DNA of 41,967 nt from Bacteroidia bacterium. GTDB taxonomy: Bacteria; Bacteroidota; Bacteroidia; UKL13-3. A program made the position numbers and the translations under genes. The notes beneath the pieces were generated by a model. That model saw nothing but the letters and a program-made list of their open reading frames with translations, did no database searches and had not been told where the DNA came from. The stretch is from positions 1 to 41,967 of the forward strand of contig JAGPCI010000001.1 of the NCBI GenBank assembly GCA_018058165.1, written 5' to 3'. This document shows, piece after piece, positions 20,526 through 30,103 of the stretch (position 1 is its first letter; every line of letters starts with the position of its first letter).

Positions 20526-20909
20526 ATGGAAGCAATAGCGAAATTAAATAACTGTCCTACATCACCTCGAAAAATGAGGTTACTTGCCGACTTAGTGCGC
20601 GGTAAGCGTGTAGGTGAAGCGATGAATATACTTCGTTTCAATAACAAAAAGGAAAGTTCACATCGTTTAGATAAATTGTTACGTTCGGCAATTGCCAATT
20701 GGGAACAAAAAAACGAAGGAGCTGATGTTGAAAACGCACAGTTATACGTGAAAACAATTTTTGTTGATGGTGGTGCAATGATGAAGCGCGTTAGACCCGC
20801 TCCTCAAGGTAGAGCATATCGAGTTAGAAAACGTTCTAACCACGTAACTCTTGTAGTTGATAGCAAAATTGCTTCAACTGTTGAAACTGTAAATAATAAC
20901 AACGCATAA
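20526..20909 (+). CDS. rplV: 50S ribosomal protein L22
   Basis: [24 protein letters not shown]...[22 protein letters not shown]. Confidence 0.96.
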   Translation: MEAIAKLNNCPTSPRKMRLLADLVRGKRVGEAMNILRFNNKKESSHRLDKLLRSAIANWEQKNEGADVENAQLYVKTIFVDGGAMMKRVRPAPQGRAYRVRKRSNHVTLVVDSKIASTVETVNNNNA

Positions 20910-20921
20910 ATTTAAATCAGA

Positions 20922-21737
20922 ATGGGACAAAAAGTTAACCCGATAGGTTTAAGATTAGGTATCATCAGAGGTTGGGAATCTAACTGGTACGGTGGCAACA
21001 ATTTTGCTGATAAACTTATTGAAGATGAGAAAATCAGAAAGTACCTAAAAGTTCGTATCGCTAAAGGTGGTATAGCTCGTATTGTAATCGAAAGAACAAT
21101 CAAACGTATCATCATTACTATTCATACATCTCGTCCAGGTATCGTTATCGGTAAAGCTGGTTCAGAAGTTGATAAGATTAAAGAAGAGATAAAAAAGCTT
21201 ACTAAAAAGGATGTTCAAATCAATATCTTTGAAATTAAACGTCCTGAATTAGATGCTACCTTAGTTGGTGAAACTATTGCTAGTCAGCTTGAAGCTCGTG
21301 TATCATACAAACGTGCATTAAAAACATCTATCGCTTCTACAATGCGAATGGGTGCAGAAGGCATAAAAATTATGGTTTCTGGTCGTTTAGGTGGAGCTGA
21401 AATGGCTCGTTCTGAATCGTACAAAGAAGGCAGAACTCCTTTACACACATTGCGTGCTGATATCGATTATGCTATCGTTGAAGCTGCTACTGTATATGGA
21501 AAAATCGGTATTAAGGTATGGATCTGTAAGGGTGAAGTATTCGGTAAACGTGATTTATCTCCAAATGCGGGTATTGCAAGTGCTGAAGGCGCTCGCGGTG
21601 GAAGCAATAGAGGCGGTAATGATAGAAGAAGCGCAGGAGATAGACCTCGTGGCGATAGAAGAAATGACAGACCTCGTGGTGATAGAAAACCAGCTGGAGA
21701 CAGAAGAGGTACTGGCGATAGAAAACCAAAGAATTAA
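20922..21737 (+). CDS. rpsC: 30S ribosomal protein S3 with repetitive R/G/D-rich C-terminal tail
   Basis: [23 protein letters not shown]... 271 aa. The tail contains the DRPRGDR repeat. Confidence 0.97.
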   Translation: MGQKVNPIGLRLGIIRGWESNWYGGNNFADKLIEDEKIRKYLKVRIAKGGIARIVIERTIKRIIITIHTSRPGIVIGKAGSEVDKIKEEIKKLTKKDVQINIFEIKRPELDATLVGETIASQLEARVSYKRALKTSIASTMRMGAEGIKIMVSGRLGGAEMARSESYKEGRTPLHTLRADIDYAIVEAATVYGKIGIKVWICKGEVFGKRDLSPNAGIASAEGARGGSNRGGNDRRSAGDRPRGDRRNDRPRGDRKPAGDRRGTGDRKPKN

Positions 21738-21767
21738 TCAGGGTAGTACCAATAATAAAGTATCGAG

Positions 21768-22187
21768 ATGTTACAACCTAAAAGAACTAAATTTAGAAAG
21801 CAACAAAAAGGCCGCGTAAAAGGTAATGCTACGCGTGGGGCAGTTTTAGCTTTCGGATCATTCGGTTTAAAATCGATTGAAACCAAATATATCACGGCAA
21901 AACAAATTGAAGCCGCTCGTATTGCGCTAACTCGTTTTATGAAACGTGAAGGCCAAGTATGGATTCGTGTTTTCCCTGACAAACCAATAACCAAAAAACC
22001 TGCAGAGGTTCGTATGGGTAAAGGTAAAGGAGCTCCAGAATATTGGGTAGCACCAGTGAAACCGGGTATCATCATGTTTGAAATTGAGGGTGTACCAATG
22101 GATGTAGCTAAGGAAGCTATGCGTTTGGCAGCTCAAAAATTACCGGTTACTACCAAATTTATTGTTAAACCTGATTACGTGGCATAA
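21768..22187 (+). CDS. rplP: 50S ribosomal protein L16
   Basis: [16 protein letters not shown]...[14 protein letters not shown]. Confidence 0.98.
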   Translation: MLQPKRTKFRKQQKGRVKGNATRGAVLAFGSFGLKSIETKYITAKQIEAARIALTRFMKREGQVWIRVFPDKPITKKPAEVRMGKGKGAPEYWVAPVKPGIIMFEIEGVPMDVAKEAMRLAAQKLPVTTKFIVKPDYVA

Positions 22188-22189
22188 GC

Positions 22190-22396
22190 ATGAAAAATAC
22201 AGAAATCAGAGAGTTATCCAACCAAGAATTGGGAGCTCGTATAAAAGCAGAAAAATTGCAATTGACTAAGACTATGTTTAATCATGCAGTAACTCCGCTT
22301 GAAAATACAAACTCAATCAAGGATAGCAAAATATTAATTGCTCGTTTGTTAACAGAGCAAAAAAGTAGGCAATTAACTGCCAAAAATGCTCAATAA
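22190..22396 (+). CDS. rpmC: 50S ribosomal protein L29
   Basis: [25 protein letters not shown]...; operon position. Confidence 0.93.
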   Translation: MKNTEIRELSNQELGARIKAEKLQLTKTMFNHAVTPLENTNSIKDSKILIARLLTEQKSRQLTAKNAQ

Positions 22397-22404
22397 TTAT
22401 TAAG

Positions 22405-22677
22405 ATGGAAGCAACAGCACCAGTAGTAAGAAATTCGCGCAAGGTTATCATCGGTAAGGTAGTTAGCAATAAAATGCAAAAAACTATCGTAGTATCCGTT
22501 GAGCGTAAAGTGATGCACCCAAAATATGGGAAATTCATTAAGATGACCTCAACATTTAAAGCTCATGACGAGAAAAACGAATGTAGTATTAACGATATCG
22601 TTAAACTTATGGAGACTCGTCCGCTGAGTAAAGACAAACGTTGGAGATTAGTAGAAATTATCGAAAAAGCTAAGTAA
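22405..22677 (+). CDS. rpsQ: 30S ribosomal protein S17
   Basis: [28 protein letters not shown]... Confidence 0.95.
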   Translation: MEATAPVVRNSRKVIIGKVVSNKMQKTIVVSVERKVMHPKYGKFIKMTSTFKAHDEKNECSINDIVKLMETRPLSKDKRWRLVEIIEKAK

Positions 22678-22679
22678 TC

Positions 22680-23048
22680 ATGATACAACAAGAATCAAGA
22701 CTTAAAGTTGCTGACAACAGCGGAGCTAAAGAAGTACTTTGCATAAGAGTACTTGGAGGTACTGCAAGGCGTTATGCATCAGTAGGCGATAAAATTGTAG
22801 TGACGGTAAAAAGTTCAATACCTTCAGGTACAGTAAAAAAAGGTACTGTATCTAAAGCAGTAGTGGTGCGCACCAAAAAGGAAGTAAGAAGAGCTGATGG
22901 ATCTTATATTAGATTTGATGACAATTCTTGCGTTTTATTAAATGCACAAGACGAACCTAGAGCTACACGTATATTTGGCCCTGTGGCCCGCGAATTGCGC
23001 GAAAAACAATTTATGAAAATCGTTTCATTAGCACCGGAGGTATTGTAA
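22680..23048 (+). CDS. rplN: 50S ribosomal protein L14
   Basis: [27 protein letters not shown]... Confidence 0.98.
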   Translation: MIQQESRLKVADNSGAKEVLCIRVLGGTARRYASVGDKIVVTVKSSIPSGTVKKGTVSKAVVVRTKKEVRRADGSYIRFDDNSCVLLNAQDEPRATRIFGPVARELREKQFMKIVSLAPEVL

Positions 23049-23050
23049 TT

Positions 23051-23389
23051 ATGCAAAGAAAGTACAACAAACAAACTAAGCTCCATGTAAAAAAGGGAGA
23101 TATGGTATTGGTAATTACTGGAGATGATAAAGGTAAAAAAGGCCGTATCCTTGAAGTATTTAATACCGAAAAACGTGCTTTGGTTGAAGGTATTAACATA
23201 GTTAGCCGTCATACAAAACCAAATGCGCAAAACCAACAAGGTGGAATTATTAAGAAAGAAGCTCGTATTAATATTTCAAACCTAAAAGTTATTGATAAAA
23301 CAGGAATCGCTTCTCGTGTTGGTCGCAAAGTTACCGAAGAAGGTAAGATTGTGCGCGTTTCTAAAAAATCAGGTGAGGTAATAGAATAA
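23051..23389 (+). CDS. rplX: 50S ribosomal protein L24
   Basis: [26 protein letters not shown] (KOW motif). Confidence 0.95.
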   Translation: MQRKYNKQTKLHVKKGDMVLVITGDDKGKKGRILEVFNTEKRALVEGINIVSRHTKPNAQNQQGGIIKKEARINISNLKVIDKTGIASRVGRKVTEEGKIVRVSKKSGEVIE

Positions 23390-23397
23390 TATCCGAT

Positions 23398-23943
23398 ATG
23401 TATAGTGCAAGATTAAAAGAAACATATAGCAAAACAGTTGTACCTGCTTTACAAGAAAAGTTCACGTACAAAAATGTAATGCAAGTTCCTCGTTTAACCA
23501 AGATTTGTTTAAATCAAGGTTTAGGAGCAGCTGTGGCTGATAAAAAGATTGTTGATCAGGCAGTAGAAGAAATGTCAATCATTGCAGGTCAAAAAGCAGT
23601 GCCTACAAAATCTAAGAAAGCCATCTCTAATTTTAAATTAAGAGAGAACATGCCAATTGGAGCTCGCGTAACATTACGTGGCGATAAAATGTATGAATTT
23701 CTTGATCGTTTAATTTCTGTATCATTACCTCGTGTAAGAGATTTTGCAGGATTAAATACAAAAGGATTTGATGGTCGTGGTAACTACACAATGGGTGTTA
23801 CTGAGCAGATCATATTTCCTGAAATAGTTATCGACAAAGTAAACCGCATTAATGGTATGGATATAACTTTTGTTACTACCGCTGCCACTGATGAAGAGTG
23901 CCATGCTTTGTTAAAAGAATTTGGCTTACCATTTAAAAAATAA
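23398..23943 (+). CDS. rplE: 50S ribosomal protein L5
   Basis: [18 protein letters not shown]...[18 protein letters not shown]. Confidence 0.97.
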   Translation: MYSARLKETYSKTVVPALQEKFTYKNVMQVPRLTKICLNQGLGAAVADKKIVDQAVEEMSIIAGQKAVPTKSKKAISNFKLRENMPIGARVTLRGDKMYEFLDRLISVSLPRVRDFAGLNTKGFDGRGNYTMGVTEQIIFPEIVIDKVNRINGMDITFVTTAATDEECHALLKEFGLPFKK

Positions 23944-23948
23944 GAACA

Positions 23949-24218
23949 ATGGCTAAAGAATCTATAAAAGCTCGTCAAGTTAAACGCGAAAAATTAGTAG
24001 CGCGCTATGCTGCAAAAAGAGCTGCATTAAAAGCAGCTGGAGATTTAGAGGGATTACAAAAATTACCTCGTAACTCTTCTCCAGTTCGTTTAAAAAACCG
24101 CTGTAAGTTAACAGGTCGCCCTAAAGGTTATATGCGCGATTTCGGTATTTGTCGTAATCAATTCCGTGACTTGGCGTTGATGGGTAAAATACCAGGTGTT
24201 ACTAAAGCAAGTTGGTAA
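23949..24218 (+). CDS. rpsN: 30S ribosomal protein S14 (long, non-zinc form)
   Basis: [20 protein letters not shown]...[22 protein letters not shown]. 89 aa with no CxxC pairs. Confidence 0.96.
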   Translation: MAKESIKARQVKREKLVARYAAKRAALKAAGDLEGLQKLPRNSSPVRLKNRCKLTGRPKGYMRDFGICRNQFRDLALMGKIPGVTKASW

Positions 24219-24275
24219 TTATTAATAAATAAAAAAATTAAGGATTGAAAATGTAGGACTTTCAAAAAAATCTTC

Positions 24276-24283
24276 TATTTTCG
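24276..24283 (+). promoter_or_regulatory. Near-consensus -7 box (TATTTTCG) inside the rpsN-rpsH spacer
   Basis: One mismatch to TAnnTTTG, no well-spaced -33 TTG. Followed by the GC-rich CGCCTC like the other translation-gene promoters. Confidence 0.25.
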
Positions 24284-24315
24284 CGCCTCATTTAACTTTA
24301 AATAAAATAAACCTA

Positions 24316-24352
24316 AGCAGATAAGAGTACAAGCCTTGGCTAACTATCTGCT
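24316..24352 (+). promoter_or_regulatory. Hairpin in the rpsH leader (AGCAGATA / TATCTGCT, 21-nt loop), 15 nt before the rpsH ATG
   Basis: 8-bp inverted repeat read directly. Candidate r-protein leader structure. Confidence 0.3.
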
Positions 24353-24367
24353 AGAAAAACAAAAATT

Positions 24368-24766
24368 ATGACAGATCCAATTGCAGATTACTTGACTAGG
24401 TTACGCAATGCGATCAAGGCAAACCATCGCATTGTTGAGATTCCTTCTTCAAGACTGAAGAAAGAAATGACCAAAGTTCTTTTCGATAAGGGTTATATCC
24501 TTAACTACAAGTTCGAGGATTCAACCACTCATCAAGGTTCGATTAAGATTGCTTTGAAGTATCACCCGATAACCAAAAGCCCAGCTATCAAAAAACTACA
24601 GCGTATTAGTACCCCAGGTTTACGTCAATACACTGGTATTGATGAAATGCCTCGTGTTATCAACGGCTTAGGAATAGCTATTTTAACTACTTCTAAAGGT
24701 GTAATGACCGATAAAGAAGCTCGCGCTAACAATGTTGGTGGTGAGGTATTATGTTACGTTTATTAA
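24368..24766 (+). CDS. rpsH: 30S ribosomal protein S8
   Basis: MTDPIADYLTRLRNAIKANHR... Confidence 0.98.
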   Translation: MTDPIADYLTRLRNAIKANHRIVEIPSSRLKKEMTKVLFDKGYILNYKFEDSTTHQGSIKIALKYHPITKSPAIKKLQRISTPGLRQYTGIDEMPRVINGLGIAILTTSKGVMTDKEARANNVGGEVLCYVY

Positions 24767-24770
24767 TCAT

Positions 24771-24778
24771 AAGGAGGT
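24771..24778 (+). promoter_or_regulatory. Canonical Shine-Dalgarno AAGGAGGT, 6 nt upstream of the rplF ATG
   Basis: Read directly in the 18-nt rpsH-rplF spacer TCATAAGGAGGTAGTAAA. Confidence 0.6.
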
Positions 24779-24784
24779 AGTAAA

Positions 24785-25339
24785 ATGTCACGTATAGGAA
24801 AAGCACCGATTAAAATTCCTACAGGAGTAGAGATTAATACATCAAAAGGTAATTTAGTTACCGTTAAAGGTCCTAAAGGAACATTAACTCAGCAAGTAGA
24901 TGTTGAGTTAACAATAAATATTGAAGATGGCGAGTTATTAGTGGTTCGTCCAACTGAACAAAAAAGGCACCGCGCAATGCATGGTTTGTATCGTGCATTA
25001 ATAAACAACATGGTTGTTGGTGTTACCACTGGATATATTATAAAACAAGAGTTAGTAGGTGTAGGTTATAAAGCCACTAATGAAGGAAATATACTAGATT
25101 TAACTTTAGGTTTCTCACATCATATTTATTTCCAGGTTCCTGTTGAAGTAAGTGTAAAAACAGAAACAGAAAAAGGTAAAAACCCAATAATTACTTTAGA
25201 AAGTTGTGATAAACAACTTATCGGACAGGTTGCAGCTAAATTACGTAGCTTACGCAAGCCTGAACCATACAAAGGTAAAGGTATCAAATTTGTTGGTGAA
25301 CAACTTAGAAGAAAAGCTGGTAAAACGGCATCTAAATAA
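24785..25339 (+). CDS. rplF: 50S ribosomal protein L6
   Basis: MSRIGKAPIKIPTGVEIN...KGKGIKFVGEQLRRKAGK. Confidence 0.97.
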   Translation: MSRIGKAPIKIPTGVEINTSKGNLVTVKGPKGTLTQQVDVELTINIEDGELLVVRPTEQKRHRAMHGLYRALINNMVVGVTTGYIIKQELVGVGYKATNEGNILDLTLGFSHHIYFQVPVEVSVKTETEKGKNPIITLESCDKQLIGQVAAKLRSLRKPEPYKGKGIKFVGEQLRRKAGKTASK

Positions 25340-25351
25340 TAAGATAAAGCT

Positions 25352-25705
25352 ATGTCAGTACTTACAAAGAAGCTTGCAAGAAGAGCTAAAATTAAAAAAG
25401 CAATACGCAGCCGTATTTTCGGAACACCTGAAAATCCACGCTTATCAGTATTTAGAAGCAATAAAGATATTTACGTACAACTTATTGATGATGTACACGG
25501 TAAAACTTTAGTATCAGCTTCATCTAAATCTATTAAAGATAAATTGACCAAAATAGAAATATCAGCTGTGGTTGGTAAAGCAATTGCCGAAAAAGCAAAC
25601 GCAGCGGGTATTACAACTTGTGTTTTTGATCGTAATGGTTACTTGTACCATGGCCGAGTAAAAAGCTTAGCCGAAGGCGCAAGAGAAGGTGGTCTAAAAT
25701 TCTAA
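25352..25705 (+). CDS. rplR: 50S ribosomal protein L18
   Basis: [18 protein letters not shown]...[27 protein letters not shown]. Confidence 0.97.
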   Translation: MSVLTKKLARRAKIKKAIRSRIFGTPENPRLSVFRSNKDIYVQLIDDVHGKTLVSASSKSIKDKLTKIEISAVVGKAIAEKANAAGITTCVFDRNGYLYHGRVKSLAEGAREGGLKF

Positions 25706-25718
25706 CCAATCAAAAATT

Positions 25719-26237
25719 ATGTCAACAGCAAACGTAAAAAGAGTAAAATCTAGCGATATAGAATTAAAAGAAAAGGTTGTGTCTATCAACCGTGTTGCGA
25801 AAGTAACAAAGGGTGGACGTACTTTTAGCTTTTCAGCCCTTGTGGTTGTAGGCGATGGTAATGGTGTTGTAGGTTACGGCTTAGGAAAAGCTAATGAGGT
25901 TACTGACGCCATTGCAAAAGGAATTGATGATGCTAAGAAAAATTTGGTAAAAGTGCCTATCCTAAAAGGAACTGTACCTCATGATCAACTTGGTAAGTAT
26001 GGAGGAGGAAGAGTATTTATTCAGCCTGCAGCTGGTGGTACCGGTGTTTTAGCTGGTGGAGCTATGCGTGCAGTATTGGAAAGTGCTGGTTTCACTGATG
26101 TATTAGCTAAGTCTAAAGGGTCATCAAACCCACATAACGTTGTAAAAGCTACTATTCACGCTTTATTAAGTATGAGAGATGCATTTACCGTTGCCCAAAC
26201 AAGAGGAATTAGTTTAAAGAAAGTATTTAATGGTTAA
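25719..26237 (+). CDS. rpsE: 30S ribosomal protein S5
   Basis: [39 protein letters not shown]. Confidence 0.98.
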   Translation: MSTANVKRVKSSDIELKEKVVSINRVAKVTKGGRTFSFSALVVVGDGNGVVGYGLGKANEVTDAIAKGIDDAKKNLVKVPILKGTVPHDQLGKYGGGRVFIQPAAGGTGVLAGGAMRAVLESAGFTDVLAKSKGSSNPHNVVKATIHALLSMRDAFTVAQTRGISLKKVFNG

Positions 26238-26241
26238 TACA

Positions 26242-26421
26242 ATGTCTAAAGTAAAAATTACACTAGTTAAAAGCACCATCGACAGAGTTGAGGGTCAAAA
26301 AAGAACTGTAAGAGCATTGGGTTTTACCAAATTAAATCAAACAGTTGAAAAGGATGCGACACCTCAAATCATGGGAATGATAAGTAAAGTTGCTCACTTG
26401 TTAAAAATTGAAAACATTTAA
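26242..26421 (+). CDS. rpmD: 50S ribosomal protein L30
   Basis: MSKVKITLVKSTIDRVEGQKRTVRALGF... The ATG at 26242 is preferred over the track start at 26230, which overlaps rpsE. Confidence 0.93.
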   Translation: MSKVKITLVKSTIDRVEGQKRTVRALGFTKLNQTVEKDATPQIMGMISKVAHLLKIENI

Positions 26422-26438
26422 ATTGCCAGTTTAAAACA

Positions 26439-26888
26439 ATGAAATTACATACATTAAGACCTGCAAAAGGTGCTACACATAGACAAGGCAAGCGCATTGG
26501 TCGCGGTGAAGGTTCTGGTAAAGGCGGAACTTCAACACGCGGACACAAAGGTGCAGGCTCTCGTTCTGGTACATCTACAAAACGTGGTTTCGAGGGTGGT
26601 CAAATGCCTTTGTACAGACGTGTTCCTAAGTTTGGTTTTAAAAACCTAAATAGGGTTGAATACGTACCAGTAAATTTAGATCGTTTACAACAACTTTCAG
26701 AAGATAAAGGTATCATCTCTTTCGATATTCAAACATTTATAGATAACGGTTTTGTATCGAAAAAGGGTATTATTAAAGTTTTGGGTCGCGGTGAATTAAA
26801 AACTGCACTTCAAGTAAAAGCACATGCATTCTCTGCGTCAGCTATTCAAGCAATTGAAGCTGCCGGTGGTAAAGCAGAAACAATCTAA
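26439..26888 (+). CDS. rplO: 50S ribosomal protein L15
   Basis: MKLHTLRPAKGATHRQGKRIGRGEGSGKGGTSTRGHKG... Confidence 0.97.
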   Translation: MKLHTLRPAKGATHRQGKRIGRGEGSGKGGTSTRGHKGAGSRSGTSTKRGFEGGQMPLYRRVPKFGFKNLNRVEYVPVNLDRLQQLSEDKGIISFDIQTFIDNGFVSKKGIIKVLGRGELKTALQVKAHAFSASAIQAIEAAGGKAETI

Positions 26889-26891
26889 AGA

Positions 26892-28247
26892 ATGAAGAAA
26901 CTGATCGAAACCATCAAAAATATTTACCGCATTGAAGATTTACGCTTCAAGCTAGTTTTTACTTTTTGGATGTTAGTTATATACCGTGTTGGTACTTATG
27001 TTACCCTTCCTGGTGTAGATCCTAATATGCTACAAGGTTCAGCGAATCAAGCTGCCGATGGTATTTTTGGGTTGATCAATATGTTTGCAGGCGGTGCCTT
27101 CGCAAGGGGATCTATCTTTGCACTTGGTATTATGCCTTACATTTCTGCTTCAATTGTAGTACAATTGCTAACAATGGCAGTTCCTACTTTCCAAAAGATG
27201 CAAAAAGAAGGTGAAGATGGAAGAAGAAAAATCAACCAAATTACACGCTACCTTACAATTGCCATTACCGCAGTTCAGTCAGTTGGATTTCTTGTCAACT
27301 TAAAATCAGAAAATCCTGGAGCTATAATATCATCTATTGATGGAAGTGGAGTATCAGATTTTATATTCATGCTCACCTCAGTAGTTGTATTAACTGCAAG
27401 TACAATGTTTGTGCTTTGGTTAGGAGAGCGTATTACCGATAAGGGTATTGGAAATGGCGTTTCACTTATTATCATGATAGGTATTATAGCAAGATTACCA
27501 TTTGCGATAAAAGATGAGTTCATGTTCAAATTTACAGAATCTGGTGGAGGATTGGTGATATTTTTGGTAGAGCTTGCTGCATTGTTTGCTGTCGTTATGG
27601 GGGTTATTATGCTTGTTCAAGGAACAAGAAAAATACCAGTTCAATATGCGAAGCGCATTGTTGGAAGCCGTCAAACTGCTGGGGCAAGACAGTATTTACC
27701 TTTAAAAGTTAATACTGCAGGTGTAATGCCAATTATATTTGCTCAAGCATTAATGTTTATCCCATCAACAGTAGCACAATTTTTCCCTGATTACGAAAGT
27801 ATGAGTGGATTAATGTCTCTTGTAAATCCGAGTTCGTTTGGTTATAATTTAGTATTTGCTATTTTAATTATACTGTTTACTTACTTTTATACTGCGATTT
27901 CGGTTAATTCCAACCAAATATCTGACGAGTTAAAACGTAATGGTGGATTTGTTCCTGGAGTAAAACCTGGGCAAGCAACTGCTAGTTTTATCGACAATAT
28001 TATGTCTCGTATCACTTTACCAGGCTCTATATTTTTAGCAGCCGTGGCAGTGTTACCATCATTAGCTGGTGTACTTAACATTAATAGTCAATTCGCTCAA
28101 TTTTATGGTGGAACATCACTTTTGATTCTTGTTGCTGTAGTATTAGATACGCTTCAGCAAATTGAAAGTCATTTATTGATGAGACATTATGATGGATTGA
28201 TGAAGTCGGGAAAATTAAAAGGACGTACTGCTATTGGAGCAGCATAA
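26892..28247 (+). CDS. secY: Preprotein translocase subunit SecY
   Basis: 451 aa, 10-TM pattern, LGIMPYISASIVVQLL..., position after rplO. Confidence 0.97.
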   Translation: MKKLIETIKNIYRIEDLRFKLVFTFWMLVIYRVGTYVTLPGVDPNMLQGSANQAADGIFGLINMFAGGAFARGSIFALGIMPYISASIVVQLLTMAVPTFQKMQKEGEDGRRKINQITRYLTIAITAVQSVGFLVNLKSENPGAIISSIDGSGVSDFIFMLTSVVVLTASTMFVLWLGERITDKGIGNGVSLIIMIGIIARLPFAIKDEFMFKFTESGGGLVIFLVELAALFAVVMGVIMLVQGTRKIPVQYAKRIVGSRQTAGARQYLPLKVNTAGVMPIIFAQALMFIPSTVAQFFPDYESMSGLMSLVNPSSFGYNLVFAILIILFTYFYTAISVNSNQISDELKRNGGFVPGVKPGQATASFIDNIMSRITLPGSIFLAAVAVLPSLAGVLNINSQFAQFYGGTSLLILVAVVLDTLQQIESHLLMRHYDGLMKSGKLKGRTAIGAA

Positions 28248-28254
28248 AATAAAA

Positions 28255-28284
28255 TTGCAAATTAAAAACAATTTCTTATTTTTG
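28255..28284 (+). promoter_or_regulatory. Internal promoter candidate before infA (-33 TTG 28255..28257, -7 TATTTTTG 28277..28284)
   Basis: Exact consensus with 19-nt spacing. Followed by the same CACCCCTT block as rpsL P1. Confidence 0.5.
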
Positions 28285-28304
28285 CACCCCTTATAAACGC
28301 AAGT

Positions 28305-28523
28305 ATGTCAAAACAGTCACTGATAAAACAGGACGGAATAATAATAGAAGCATTGAGTAATGCAATGTTTCGAGTGCGACTTGAAAATGGTCATGAGATC
28401 ATTGCCCACATTTCAGGAAAAATGAGGATGCACTACATTAAAATATTACCAGGAGATAAAATTTCGGTGGAAATGTCACCGTATGATTTATCAAAAGGTA
28501 GAATTATTTACAGATACAAGTAA
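28305..28523 (+). CDS. infA: Translation initiation factor IF-1
   Basis: [65 protein letters not shown]. Confidence 0.98.
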   Translation: MSKQSLIKQDGIIIEALSNAMFRVRLENGHEIIAHISGKMRMHYIKILPGDKISVEMSPYDLSKGRIIYRYK

Positions 28524-28532
28524 ACCAACGCG

Positions 28533-28649
28533 ATGAAAGTTAGAACATCTGTTAAGAAGCGCAGCGAGGACTGCGTCTTAGTTAAACGTAAAGGTAGAAT
28601 TTACGTTATTAACAAAAAGAATCCAAAGTTTAAACAACGTCAAGGATAA
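28533..28649 (+). CDS. rpmJ: 50S ribosomal protein L36, Cys-poor type B form
   Basis: Absent from the ORF track (38 aa). My translation is [38 protein letters not shown]. Canonical position between infA and rpsM. Confidence 0.9.
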   Translation: MKVRTSVKKRSEDCVLVKRKGRIYVINKKNPKFKQRQG

Positions 28650-28658
28650 TTAAGAACT

Positions 28659-29036
28659 ATGGCTCGTATATCAGGTATAGATTTGCCTAAAAACAAGAGA
28701 GGTGAGATTGGTCTTACCTACATTTATGGCATCGGAAAATCAACAGCTCAGCTTTTATTAGCAGAGTGTGGTATTGATTTAAGTAAAAAAGTAAGCGAAT
28801 GGAATGACGATGAATTGAATAAAATTCGTAAGTACATTACTGAAGTTTTAAAAGTAGAGGGAGAATTACGCTCTGAAAAACAACTTAACATCAAGCGATT
28901 GATGGACATTGGTTGCTATCGTGGTCTTCGTCATCGTAAAGGTTTACCGCTAAGAGGTCAACGCACTCGTACTAATGCACGTACTCGTAAGGGTAAGCGT
29001 AAAACGGTTGCCGGTAAGAAAAAGGTAACCAAGTAA
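28659..29036 (+). CDS. rpsM: 30S ribosomal protein S13
   Basis: [26 protein letters not shown]... Confidence 0.98.
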   Translation: MARISGIDLPKNKRGEIGLTYIYGIGKSTAQLLLAECGIDLSKKVSEWNDDELNKIRKYITEVLKVEGELRSEKQLNIKRLMDIGCYRGLRHRKGLPLRGQRTRTNARTRKGKRKTVAGKKKVTK

Positions 29037-29058
29037 GAGGTAAATAATAACATTAACA

Positions 29059-29451
29059 ATGGCTACAAATAATAAAAAAGTAAGCAAAAAAAGAGTAGTT
29101 GCGATTGACGCGAATGGTCAAGCGCACATAAAGGCTACCTTTAACAATATTATTATCTCAATTACCAACTCAACAGGTCAGGTAGTATCTTGGGCTTCGG
29201 CTGGTAAAATGGGTTTCCGCGGATCTAAAAAAAATACACCTTATGCAGCTCAAATGGCTGCGCAAGATTGTGCTAAAGTTGCCGTAGATGCTGGTATGAA
29301 AAAAGTTGAAGTGTTTGTTAAAGGACCTGGTTCTGGACGTGAGTCTGCAATCCGTACTTTGCAAGCTGCAGGCTTAGATGTAATGTCAATTCGTGATATT
29401 ACCCCAATGCCTCACAACGGATGCCGCCCTCCTAAAAAGAGAAGAGTGTAA
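29059..29451 (+). CDS. rpsK: 30S ribosomal protein S11
   Basis: [46 protein letters not shown]. Confidence 0.98.
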   Translation: MATNNKKVSKKRVVAIDANGQAHIKATFNNIIISITNSTGQVVSWASAGKMGFRGSKKNTPYAAQMAAQDCAKVAVDAGMKKVEVFVKGPGSGRESAIRTLQAAGLDVMSIRDITPMPHNGCRPPKKRRV

Positions 29452-29478
29452 TTATTGGACTTTTAAGAAAAAAGAAAA

Positions 29479-30087
29479 ATGGCAAGATATATTGGACCAA
29501 AGACCAAAATTGCTCGCAGATTTAAAGAAGCGATTTATGGACCTGACAAGAATTTTGAAAAGAGGGGAACACCTCCAGGTCAGCACGGTCAATCTCGTAA
29601 GAGATCAAAATTAAGTGAGTTTGCAATTCAATTATTTGAAAAACAAAAAGCTAAATACACTTATGGTGTTTTAGAGCGTCAGTTTTACAAAACTTATGAA
29701 ACAGCATCTCGTAAAAAAGGTATTAAAGGTGAAAACTTACTTCGCTTCTTAGAAGCACGTTTGGATAATACTGTTTATCGTTTAGGTATTGCAAAAACTC
29801 GCTCTGCTGCTCGTCAGTTAGTTAGCCACCGCCATATCACGGTTAATGGAAACGTAGTAAACATTCCTTCTTACACGCTTCGTCCTGGTGACGTAATCGA
29901 AGTTCGCGAGAAATCAAAAACGTTAGAAGTGATTGTTGATGCATTAGCTCATGGTAATGCTTCTAAATTTAACTGGGTTACTTTTGATAACAAAGCTATG
30001 AAAGGTACTTTCTTAGCAATGCCTGAAAGAGACCAAATTCCTGAAAACATAAAGGAACAGTTAATCGTTGAATTGTACTCAAAATAA
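29479..30087 (+). CDS. rpsD: 30S ribosomal protein S4
   Basis: [15 protein letters not shown]...[34 protein letters not shown]. Confidence 0.98.
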   Translation: MARYIGPKTKIARRFKEAIYGPDKNFEKRGTPPGQHGQSRKRSKLSEFAIQLFEKQKAKYTYGVLERQFYKTYETASRKKGIKGENLLRFLEARLDNTVYRLGIAKTRSAARQLVSHRHITVNGNVVNIPSYTLRPGDVIEVREKSKTLEVIVDALAHGNASKFNWVTFDNKAMKGTFLAMPERDQIPENIKEQLIVELYSK

Positions 30088-30103
30088 TAATTAAGAACAA
30101 AAA

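Noticed and set aside
21391-21819. 142-aa plus-strand ORF bridging the rpsC 3' end and the rplP start.
   Set aside because: It is an out-of-frame reading of the repetitive S3 tail and the spacer. The rpsC and rplP frames fully explain this DNA.
23036-23041. GGAGGT 9 nt upstream of the rplX ATG as a second SD, and AAGAGGT at 29034..29040 upstream of rpsK.
   Set aside because: The first lies inside the conserved C-terminal codons of rplN (APEVL = GCA CCG GAG GTA TTG), so coding explains it. The second is imperfect and 18 nt from the start, which is too far to function.
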